From contig JBJKQB010000352.1 of the NCBI GenBank assembly GCA_046705825.1, positions 9,013-73,012 of the forward strand: DNA of 64,000 nt, written 5' to 3'. A model generated the notes under the pieces. The model made no database searches and was not told where the DNA came from. It worked only from the letters and a program-made list of their open reading frames with translations. Source of the DNA: Candidatus Acidiferrales bacterium. GTDB lineage: Bacteria > Acidobacteriota > Terriglobia > Acidiferrales > UBA7541. This document shows, piece after piece, positions 8,946-17,335 of the stretch (its first letter is position 1; each line of letters starts with the position of its first letter). The translations under genes were made by a program, and so were the position numbers.

Positions 8946-9860
8946 CTAGAACCGGTAACTGATACCCATTGTGAACCGATGGCGCGCTTGGATATTCCAT
9001 CCGGGGCCGAGATTGCCGCCGAGCTGCACCAGACCTAAATCAACGCTCCAGGGAAGCTCGTTGCCCGGACGGATTCGCACAAAGTACGCAAGGGTGGTCG
9101 GCACAATCGCCGTGGTCGAGAAAAACTGCCCTGGCACTTCCTTGAACTGGCGCGGCTGCTGCAGAAATTCCGCACCGAGGAGGAAGTTGGTGTGCTTCGG
9201 GCCACGCAGTTCAAAGCCCGCCGCGCCAAATGCCTCGAAATCCCAGTTCGGCGAATTGGCGGCCAAGGCGAGCAGCGAAGCGTTCGTCAGCTTCACACCG
9301 AAATTCAGCAGGACGGGAACGGGCAATTCATCGATCGTCTTTGTGGCCATCACGTCGAAATCGGTGGCCGTGGTGTTCTCCCGTTCATCCACTTCCGTGA
9401 TGCGGCGCACTTGTGTGCGAACTACCGCGGCGGCCGCGATGGCAGGGACGAATTTCGTGCCGCGGAAATCCTCCGGAACCAGCTTGAACTTGATATGACC
9501 GATGTTGAAGGCGTTCGCAAATAGAGGGCTGAGGCCTGGCACGCTGCCTTCGACATTGAACGAGCGCGTGTATCCGACTTCGCCAATCTTCAGAAATCCG
9601 AAAGTGATTGACGCCTGAAGTTCGCTGCCAAGCACCGGGCCGGCGTTCATGTAATGGAACGCCAATTCCGGCCGCCCCAGGCTTCTGCCGGGGGAACTGC
9701 TAACGTAGGCGAATGGTGTCAGCAGGCCGCCTGTCTGACCATCCCAGTTCAACTGGGCCAGACACGCCGGTGCGGTCAAAAGGACAAGCAGCCCCCCTAT
9801 GGTCGCGCAACATGTATGGCGGGCCCGTAGTCGAAGACGGTAAAGTGGCTGATAACTCAT
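8946..9860 (-). CDS. putative outer-membrane beta-barrel protein
   Basis: Signal peptide ending LTAPACLAQ. Alternating amphipathic beta-strand-like sequence. C-terminal ...TMGISYRF has the aromatic terminal residue typical of OMPs. Confidence 0.6.
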   Translation of the reverse strand: MSYQPLYRLRLRARHTCCATIGGLLVLLTAPACLAQLNWDGQTGGLLTPFAYVSSSPGRSLGRPELAFHYMNAGPVLGSELQASITFGFLKIGEVGYTRSFNVEGSVPGLSPLFANAFNIGHIKFKLVPEDFRGTKFVPAIAAAAVVRTQVRRITEVDERENTTATDFDVMATKTIDELPVPVLLNFGVKLTNASLLALAANSPNWDFEAFGAAGFELRGPKHTNFLLGAEFLQQPRQFKEVPGQFFSTTAIVPTTLAYFVRIRPGNELPWSVDLGLVQLGGNLGPGWNIQARHRFTMGISYRF

Positions 9861-9900
9861 CGTCTGTGCTCTATCGGAGCTTTAAGAACAAGTCACATCG

Positions 9901-11376
9901 TCAATCGCCGTGCCGACTATTCCATTCCCGTGGCGACTCTTCGACACTTTCTTTCCTGGTCGCGACCTCAAGATCCATCGCCGTGTTCTTCGGGAATACA
10001 ACCTCGTTCCCTCGCGCGATGAAGTGGGAATAGATCGAAATCCCAGCGCCATAGGCTCCCATCGTGTAGCCGAGCGCTCGTGAATGCACCGCCAGGCCGA
10101 GCGCCATCCCAACTAACTTGAAGCCGTTTACACCGCCAGCAACCTGGGCGCCGGTATTGGCTTTTACGTGAGCAATGCCGTTATCCACGTCGGTGTCGCC
10201 TCCGTTGGCGGAGGCAGCCGCCAAGGTGATCGAGATAGCTGTGGCCAAGTAGCGGGTTTTCGGCGTGGTGGCCTCGGCCCCGCCCTCAGAGTCGAGCTTC
10301 AGGTTCGCAGCTTTGGCCGACTCCACGGCCTCCAGCGTGGTTTCTACCTTCTGCGCAATCCCGTCCGGCGGGATGAGCTGCTGGAAAGCAATGCGCAGTT
10401 GCCCATTCTTCTTCATGTGCCGAGCAGGGTGGACCTGGAGAACCGTGCCTTCCAGCCGGCTGCCTTCAGGAAGAATCAGGTGCCGTTGGCCATCCAAGAG
10501 CGGCTGGGATAGGACCGCCTCCACGACGTCGCCCTTCTGCGCAGTCGCTGACGTTAGCGGCGTAATCAGGCGCGCATGCGCGATGCTCCCGGGCGGCAGC
10601 CGGCCACCGAGCGAAGAGGCCATCTGGGGTGTCATCAATTCGGTGCCGAAATCCAGCGGGGCGGTGAGCTCTGCAAAGTAAACCGTGCCCACAGGGATGT
10701 ACTGCGGATGAACCGGCAACTGCGCCTCAATATACCGTTTCAGGCGGTGCATGCGGCCGGGCGTCTTCAGCTGCTTCATCGCATTGTCCCATTGCTGGCG
10801 GGCTTGCTGTTCGGCCTGTTTCGTTTTATCGGAGGCGGCGTCCTTTAAGCTCTTTTTCTTTCTCTGGCCTCCCGCGGCCGCAACGAAGCGGATCACCTGG
10901 CCCGATCCCGGAGCAACGCTTGACTCCAATCGGAAGTGCCTTCCATCTGGCAGCACCAAGTCGTCGAAATTCAGTTTCACCTTGCGCTCGGGAGTAAAGT
11001 CCGCATTCAGCGCCGCCGCCGTCCGCTTCCAGCGGGAGATCTTGCCGATTGCCGTGACCCGGCCATTGACCTCCGATCCTATGGGCACGACGATGCGATC
11101 AAATGCGTATACCGGCTCGACGATGCGCCCGTGAATCGGCTGCCCCACTTTCTTCACGCGGACTTCTTGGTCCAAAGCCACTTGCAACGGCGTCCCTTTC
11201 GGAACGGAGAGGGTAACGGATTCCAAAGGTGCCCTTACACTCGGGCCGCTCGACGCGGCCACGAGTTTGTGGTCGGAGCGCCGTGTAAGCGGGGGGATGG
11301 GGGTCTGCTGCGCGTCTATCCCGCCCACGCAAGCGAACGTAAGCAGGATTGCGAAGAGAGCACGTCGGACCAGCAT
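9901..11376 (-). CDS. secreted protein with two tandem VirB10/TrbI-like modules and a Gly-rich C-terminal region
   Basis: Start placed at ATG 11376 (MLVRRALFAILLTFACVGGIDAQ, SD aggaaggag). The internal duplication is VPKGTPLQVALDQEV..GQPIHGRIVEPVY...VVPIGSEVNGRV versus LPPGSIAHARLITPL..GDVVEAVLSQPL...ILPEGSRLEGTV. Confidence 0.6.
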   Translation of the reverse strand: MLVRRALFAILLTFACVGGIDAQQTPIPPLTRRSDHKLVAASSGPSVRAPLESVTLSVPKGTPLQVALDQEVRVKKVGQPIHGRIVEPVYAFDRIVVPIGSEVNGRVTAIGKISRWKRTAAALNADFTPERKVKLNFDDLVLPDGRHFRLESSVAPGSGQVIRFVAAAGGQRKKKSLKDAASDKTKQAEQQARQQWDNAMKQLKTPGRMHRLKRYIEAQLPVHPQYIPVGTVYFAELTAPLDFGTELMTPQMASSLGGRLPPGSIAHARLITPLTSATAQKGDVVEAVLSQPLLDGQRHLILPEGSRLEGTVLQVHPARHMKKNGQLRIAFQQLIPPDGIAQKVETTLEAVESAKAANLKLDSEGGAEATTPKTRYLATAISITLAAASANGGDTDVDNGIAHVKANTGAQVAGGVNGFKLVGMALGLAVHSRALGYTMGAYGAGISIYSHFIARGNEVVFPKNTAMDLEVATRKESVEESPREWNSRHGD

Positions 11377-11656
11377 TCCGCTCTCCTTCCTGTAATGGCT
11401 CAGGGACGTTGCCGCGCCCACTCCGGGCGCACGGAGGACGTTGTTACGAAAACGGAGCCATGGCACCACTTGGCTCCTAGCGGGCATAGCAGGCAACCAC
11501 TCGGAATTGCTGTTCACGGTTTAGCCTTTCCGGTCGAAACCTCTTTCAAACACGACCAATGCCGAGCGACTCGAACTAGAGTGAAGCGGCTTACCGGGAA
11601 TGTTACCCACTCGGGACCGTTTGTCCGGTTCGCCGACCACACGCCCTCTTGCCGCG

Positions 11657-12220
11657 CTAGAAACGAATGACGAGACCCGTCGAGAAGCGGAAGTTTGATT
11701 TGCTTCCGGAATTGCCGACACTGCTGCCGCTCATGAAACCCAGCCAATCTGCATCGAAAACACGGACGGCCAGGTGTTTTCCGATCCGCGCATCAGCGCC
11801 GCCACCGGCGATGAGAGCCACACCCGCAAGCGGGTTATTAGAGAAGTACTGCACCCAATCGTGATATCCCCCGGCGAGGAATTCCACAAAAAACCTTACA
11901 TTTGGGCTGGCAGGTGCGGAGAATGTGGGGCCGAACGTGTACGTGTACAGGTTAGCGGGGCAATTACCGACACCCAACTGGGTGCCGCCATTGCCGTAGC
12001 TGCCGCTGAAGTCCGCCTTCACCCCCAGCCAATTATTGATGCTGTAGCCAAAAGCACCATCCCAGCCGTTGCCGTTCGTCGTGGACGGCCCGGAAAACCC
12101 CGCTGGCACTTGGAAGTGAGTAAACTGGTAACCGCCGAATGCCTCCCATTTCTGATCCTGAGCCTGCAGGGGAAGCGCAAGCACCAACAGACACCCAAGC
12201 ACAAGGACCGATCGAATCAT
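11657..12220 (-). CDS. outer-membrane beta-barrel (OmpA-beta-barrel/OmpX-like) protein
   Basis: Start at ATG 12220 with SD aggagg. Signal peptide MIRSVLVLGCLLVLALPLQAQ. Contains GYQFTHF, NGWDGAFGYSINNWLGVKADFSGSY and the C-terminal FSTGLVIRF. Confidence 0.75.
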   Translation of the reverse strand: MIRSVLVLGCLLVLALPLQAQDQKWEAFGGYQFTHFQVPAGFSGPSTTNGNGWDGAFGYSINNWLGVKADFSGSYGNGGTQLGVGNCPANLYTYTFGPTFSAPASPNVRFFVEFLAGGYHDWVQYFSNNPLAGVALIAGGGADARIGKHLAVRVFDADWLGFMSGSSVGNSGSKSNFRFSTGLVIRF

Positions 12221-12288
12221 CGAGTATCCCCTCCTAATCACCGCAGAGTGGCCAAAGCGCTCGGCACGGTCGTGCCAGCGGCGATCAC

Positions 12289-12843
12289 TCAGAAGTGAAT
12301 GACCGCGCCCGCTGAAAAACGGAGATTGTTCCTGCCTGCACCACAAGACGCGCTGGCACACGACGGTGTGACGAATCGCAGCCAATCCAGGTTGAAGACG
12401 CGAATAGAAAAGCGGTCGTTCATTCGGGCGTCCACGCCTCCACCCGCCACGAGCGCGACGCCGTTCGTGCGGGAAATTGGCAGCGATTCATGGTAGCCAC
12501 CGAAAAGAACGTCGGCGAACGGCGTGATTTTCGAACTGGTGGGCGCCGAGAGTACGGGGCCGACTGCGTACGTCAGCAGGCTAACTGGGCCGTTGTTCTG
12601 ATTTGCGCTTAGGTCGGTTACGTATGCGCCGCTGAAATCCGCCTTGATTCCTAGCCGGTCACTAAAGTGATAGCCCAATGCTGCGTTCCAGCCGTTAGCA
12701 TTCAGCGTGTCGCTCGCGCGCGGATCAATGCGAGCGAATCGCGTGAATTGGTAACCGACGAAGAAGTTGGCTTTCGCCTGCTGCGCAGATGCTGGGGAAG
12801 ACAGAAGCGGGAAAGATGCGAGAATCAGGAAAGCTCGGTTCAT
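12289..12843 (-). CDS. outer-membrane beta-barrel protein, paralogue of 11657..12220
   Basis: MNRAFLILASFPLLSSPASAQ, GYQFTRF, NGWNAALGYHFSDRLGIKADFSGAY and the C-terminal FSAGAVIHF. Motif order matches the downstream neighbour. Confidence 0.75.
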   Translation of the reverse strand: MNRAFLILASFPLLSSPASAQQAKANFFVGYQFTRFARIDPRASDTLNANGWNAALGYHFSDRLGIKADFSGAYVTDLSANQNNGPVSLLTYAVGPVLSAPTSSKITPFADVLFGGYHESLPISRTNGVALVAGGGVDARMNDRFSIRVFNLDWLRFVTPSCASASCGAGRNNLRFSAGAVIHF

Positions 12844-12951
12844 GACGGTGCCCCCCTCTTTCACGGAACGAACCAGCCCTACTCAACCTGTTGTCCGGAT
12901 TGGCGACGAACGGCCCAATTGGCGCCGGTCGAGCGGAAGAAACCACCCCAA

Positions 12952-15636
12952 CTACTCATACCTCAAGGCCACCGTGGGATCGACCCGCACTGCACGCCGG
13001 GCTGGGAAGTAAGCCGCCGCGAGGGCGACAACAACCAACACCGCAGCGAATCCAACGATAACGGCGAAATCCATCGACACAATCCCAAGAACGAAGCTGG
13101 CCATCGCACGATTGATCAAGAGAGCAGTCGGAACGGCAATAATGAGTCCGACAGCCGTCAGCTTCATGGCCTGACCGACCACGAGTCTTCGCACAGCGCG
13201 AGGCGTGGCTCCGAGCGCGAGACGAATCCCGATTTCGCGCGTCCGCTGCGCCACGTTTTCGGAAAGCACGCCGTACACGCCGAGCGCCGAGAGCGCCAAC
13301 GCGATTGCTCCAAACGTGCCCATCAGAATGCCCATGATTCGTATGATCCCGATCGAGTCGTTGACTTCTTTTTGAAGGGTTTGTGCGTCGCCGAGAACGA
13401 CCGTGGAATCAAGCTGGCGAATGATGGACCGAACCGAGGAAACATATGCGGTAGGGTTCGCGGTGACGCGGAAGATAAGCGCCAGACCTCGTTTGGGAGC
13501 TTGCATCAGCGGGCGATACATCACTGGATCTGACGAAGAATTCCACCAGTTTTGGCGGATGTCGTCCACAACGCCCACCACCGTTAACCAGGACCCTGGA
13601 TTGCTTCTCCGATCCACCGGCGGAGCAACTCCGCTATTCACGTCGAGCAGCTTGAGATGCTGCCCGACCGCGTTCTCATGCGGCCAGAATTTCTCCGCCA
13701 TACTGCGACTGACGATCGCTACGGGTTCGCTTGAGGCTTCGTCAGTTTCGGAAAAACTGCGGCCGGAAATCATTTGCACTCGGAGGGTGCGAAAATATCC
13801 GGGCGAAATGATCTGGAGCCCGGCCGAGAGTTCTTCGCCGGGACGTGCCGGACGTCCCCCGATTTCAAACTTGGATGTGTCGTTGTTCGAGTTGCTCGCC
13901 GGCGGATTGCCGACGACTCCCGCCGCCATCACCCCCGGAAGCGCAGCGGTCCGGCCAAGCAGTTGCCGATAGAAGTTCGCGATTCTGGCTGAAGTTTTGT
14001 AGGAATCGGCGTGCAGAACGGGCCCGATTTCCATCAGAGTTTCCGGCTGGAAGCCTTCATAGATATTCGCGAGACGCATGAAGCCCTGAATCGTGAGCCC
14101 GGCGCTAACCAGCAGGACGAGGGCAAAAATCACCTGTACGACCACGAGAGCGCTGCGAACGCGTCCCCGCGCGGGCGACATCGACCCTGGCCCCCCTTCC
14201 TTTAGGGTGTAGTTCAGGTCGACACGGCGCGAATAAGCGAGCGTTGCGAGGCCGAAAACCGCGCCTATGGCTGTCGCGAGCAGGATGGTGAACGCGAGAA
14301 CCGAGCGGTCCACTTGGATCCCGCCCCAGCCGGGAACCCATTGTCTCCATTCCGGCGATATGCTCGTTCTTAGCAGTTTCACAGTCCACAGTGACACCAC
14401 GCCCGCAACCACACCGGCGATGACGGAAAAGAGGATCGTTTCTGAAAGAAACAGCTGTGCGAGACGCCGCCGTCCAGCGCCAAGGGCGGCTCGCAGCGCG
14501 ACTTCCCGCTGACGTCGAATCATTCGCGCGAAAAGCAGGTTCGCCAGATTCGCGCAGGCGAGCAGAAGGACGAATCCCGCCGCCACTTGCAGGAGCGAAA
14601 ACAGGGGCAGCGTGAACTGGTAGAGTTCACGCCGAAGTGGAAGCAGTGTGGTTCTCCGTCCAGCATTTGTTTTTGGGTACTCGCGGGTTAGCTCCGCGTT
14701 GAATCGCGTGAGCGCTGTTCGTGCCTGCGCGACGCTGATGCCCGGCTTGAGCCGCGCGATAGCTGAAAACGAAAACCGTGAACGGTCGGCCCGCTTCGCA
14801 GGGGTGAGCGCGAGCGGTAGCCACATTTGCACCCCTATCGGGTAATTGACATCAGCGGGCATGATGCCAATGACGGTGTAGGTGCGCCCGTTGATTCGAA
14901 TCGTCTTTCCGACCGTACTTGGATCACCGCCAAACTGGCGTTGCCAGAACGCGTAACTCACGACAGCTACCGCGTCCTGTCCCGGCTGTTCCGCGGATGC
15001 CAAGAATGAGCGCCCTGCTATCGGCGAGACGCCGAGGAGGTCGAAGAAATTCGCGGAGTCGCTGCCTGCGTCCACGGGCAGCTCTTCGTACGCCGAACCG
15101 ACGGTCAGCATGTGGCAGTCACTGGTGGCAAGGTCCTGGAAGATGTTGGCGTGGGAAGCGATATCTGCCGCGTCGCCAGGCGCAATGTTGCGCTGGTCAA
15201 AACTGGCATCGGTTCCGTGGTCCTGCCATACGAGCACGATTCGATCGAGATCCCGGAAATTGTAGGGATGAAACAGGAGCGCGTTCACCATGCTGAAGAC
15301 TGCCGTGTTGGCGCCGATGCCGAGCGCGAGTGTCAAAACGGCGATGATCGTGAAACTCAGGCTCTTGCGGAGCATGCGGCCCGCGAAGCACAGGTCCTTT
15401 GCCAGAATTTCGATTGAAGATATGCCCCTTTGTTCGTGACATTCCTCCGTTGCGCGCACGACGCTGCCGAACTGCAATCTCGCCTGTCGTGTTGCCTGGG
15501 CCGTGTCCGGTTCGTGACGCTGGTTTTTCTGCGCTTGCATTTCGATGTGAAACTGCAGTTCTTCCTGCAGCTCTTCGTCCATCCGGCGGCGGAAAAGCAA
15601 TGCCCGGATTCGCAGAATGTAGTCCTTCCACCACAT
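12952..15636 (-). CDS. ADOP-family duplicated permease (MacB-like, two FtsX domains)
   Basis: 894 aa. N-terminal extension [36 protein letters not shown] followed by two MacB_PCD + FtsX halves. The gene sits directly after padR. Confidence 0.9.
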   Translation of the reverse strand: MWWKDYILRIRALLFRRRMDEELQEELQFHIEMQAQKNQRHEPDTAQATRQARLQFGSVVRATEECHEQRGISSIEILAKDLCFAGRMLRKSLSFTIIAVLTLALGIGANTAVFSMVNALLFHPYNFRDLDRIVLVWQDHGTDASFDQRNIAPGDAADIASHANIFQDLATSDCHMLTVGSAYEELPVDAGSDSANFFDLLGVSPIAGRSFLASAEQPGQDAVAVVSYAFWQRQFGGDPSTVGKTIRINGRTYTVIGIMPADVNYPIGVQMWLPLALTPAKRADRSRFSFSAIARLKPGISVAQARTALTRFNAELTREYPKTNAGRRTTLLPLRRELYQFTLPLFSLLQVAAGFVLLLACANLANLLFARMIRRQREVALRAALGAGRRRLAQLFLSETILFSVIAGVVAGVVSLWTVKLLRTSISPEWRQWVPGWGGIQVDRSVLAFTILLATAIGAVFGLATLAYSRRVDLNYTLKEGGPGSMSPARGRVRSALVVVQVIFALVLLVSAGLTIQGFMRLANIYEGFQPETLMEIGPVLHADSYKTSARIANFYRQLLGRTAALPGVMAAGVVGNPPASNSNNDTSKFEIGGRPARPGEELSAGLQIISPGYFRTLRVQMISGRSFSETDEASSEPVAIVSRSMAEKFWPHENAVGQHLKLLDVNSGVAPPVDRRSNPGSWLTVVGVVDDIRQNWWNSSSDPVMYRPLMQAPKRGLALIFRVTANPTAYVSSVRSIIRQLDSTVVLGDAQTLQKEVNDSIGIIRIMGILMGTFGAIALALSALGVYGVLSENVAQRTREIGIRLALGATPRAVRRLVVGQAMKLTAVGLIIAVPTALLINRAMASFVLGIVSMDFAVIVGFAAVLVVVALAAAYFPARRAVRVDPTVALRYE

Positions 15637-15637
15637 A

Positions 15638-15976
15638 TCACGCCATCCTTAACACCCTCGCAATGGCATCGCTAAGCTTGCTCCAGTTGACCGCCTCGAT
15701 TTCGAGCTGCTTCCGGCCAGAAGCAGTGAGCGAGTAGAAGCGCGCTCGGCGGCCCAGTTCCGAAATACCCCACTCAGCCTTGATCCAACCGCGGTGTTCG
15801 AGCCGATGGAGAGCGGGATACAGAGAGCCTTGGTTCACCTGCAAGACGTCCTGTGAAATCTGCTGAATGCGTTCGGACACGGCCCACCCATGCATCGGGC
15901 CGGAACGGAGCGCCCGGAGGATCAGCAGATCGAGGGTGCCTTGGAGAAGATCGAGCCGGGATGGATCGGGAGCCAT
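15638..15976 (-). CDS. PadR family transcriptional regulator
   Basis: 112 aa: [29 protein letters not shown]...[44 protein letters not shown]. Confidence 0.9.
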   Translation of the reverse strand: MAPDPSRLDLLQGTLDLLILRALRSGPMHGWAVSERIQQISQDVLQVNQGSLYPALHRLEHRGWIKAEWGISELGRRARFYSLTASGRKQLEIEAVNWSKLSDAIARVLRMA

Positions 15977-15998
15977 TGGTGTAGAGCGCCGACAACAA

Positions 15999-16027
15999 AA
16001 CTATGCTCCGTTGGTGTCGAATGTCAA
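15999..16027 (-). promoter_or_regulatory. putative sigma70-type promoter of the padR-ADOP operon 1
   Basis: Minus strand reads TTGACA (16027..16022), a 17-nt spacer, then ATAGTT (16004..15999). The -10 element is about 22 nt upstream of the padR ATG at 15976. Confidence 0.4.
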
Positions 16028-16150
16028 CAACAATCGCAGCCTCGCCGAATGGAAGATCCCAACTGGGCCATTGAGCCAGCACAATTCCAAGACTGACTCA
16101 ATTTAGCTCGACCCCAAATGGATCCATAGATTTTTCATCCTACGGGGCGG

Positions 16151-17182
16151 CTAGTTGCCGATGTAGCGGGCGTAGAGAGAGCGGGCCACGGCCGGATCCT
16201 GCGTCCCTTTGACTATGGCTCGGCCATCGGCGAACACGGTCATTTCGTACGGCGGAACGCGAAAGCGCAGCAGAAACTCGTTGTTGCGCACCCCGCTATC
16301 GGCAGCCGCCAGCTTGCGCCCGAGTTCGGCGAGATCGAGCCGCCGCCTGCGTTCGTGAATCTGCACGGAATCCCGGCCGCAGAGAGTGATATGAGGCTGC
16401 GCCGCGCCTTCGAGATAGTCCAATTCTTTTCGCGCGCAGGCCCGGCACTGGGGATCGCGCGGAACGCGAATGGATTGGAGGCGCCCGCTCCAGACGTCGC
16501 AGGAAATCAGCCGGTGATGCAGGGCCTCGGGGTTTCCGCTGAGCAACTTGATCGCTTCGCCCGCCTCGAGCGAGGCGATCACGCTGACGGCGGAGCCCAG
16601 CACGCCGGCCGTGTCGCAAGTCTCTTCAGCTGCAGGGGCGGCTCCATTCGGGGCTTCGAGCAAGCAGGCCAGGCAGGCGGTTTGCCCGGGCCGAATCGTG
16701 AAGGTGACTCCATAGCTTCCCACCGCGGCGGCGTAAATCCAGGGCACGCCGAAGGATACGGCGGCGTCGTTCAGCAGCAGGCGCGTCTCGAAGTTATCCG
16801 TTCCGTCGAGGATCAGGGGGAAGCCGCCAAGCAGTTCGCACGCGTTCTCCGGGGTCACGTCAGCGACCACGGCCTCGACTTGCACATCGGAGTTGAAGGC
16901 CCGCAAATGGCGTTCGGCGGCCACCGCTTTGGGCAGCGACTCGCGGGCATCCGCTTCGGTAAAGAGCGTCTGGCGCTGGAGATTCGAGGGCTCGACGAAA
17001 TCGCGGTCGATAATGCGCAAGCGGCCCACGCCGGCGCGCACCAGCAGCCCGGCGGCTACGCTGCCCATCGCGCCGCAGCCCGCCAGGACGGCGTTCGAGG
17101 CCAAAAGGCGCTCCTGGCCCGCTTCTCCGATCCCCGAAAAGAGGATCTGCCGGGAATATTTGTCCGCCTGTTCGCGATTCAC
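16151..17182 (-). CDS. ThiF/MoeB-family E1-like adenylyltransferase with about 90-aa C-terminal extension
   Basis: YSRQILFSGIGEAGQERL, the GCGAMGS nucleotide loop, DRDFVEPSNLQRQ and two CxxC pairs (CLAC, CRAC). No ThiS/MoaD-like gene is adjacent. Confidence 0.85.
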   Translation of the reverse strand: MNREQADKYSRQILFSGIGEAGQERLLASNAVLAGCGAMGSVAAGLLVRAGVGRLRIIDRDFVEPSNLQRQTLFTEADARESLPKAVAAERHLRAFNSDVQVEAVVADVTPENACELLGGFPLILDGTDNFETRLLLNDAAVSFGVPWIYAAAVGSYGVTFTIRPGQTACLACLLEAPNGAAPAAEETCDTAGVLGSAVSVIASLEAGEAIKLLSGNPEALHHRLISCDVWSGRLQSIRVPRDPQCRACARKELDYLEGAAQPHITLCGRDSVQIHERRRRLDLAELGRKLAAADSGVRNNEFLLRFRVPPYEMTVFADGRAIVKGTQDPAVARSLYARYIGN

Positions 17183-17335
17183 GCCGGTTTCCTGGACGGA
17201 AGTCGATCATATCGCGTTTTCGCGCGCGGCAGGCAACGCCACGTGCTAACCTTCTCCTCTCATTGACTAGGGCGGACGGGAATACCACGCAGGCCGCTAT
17301 CTGGAGAGGGTTGCATCACGTCTTTTCCGCGAAGC

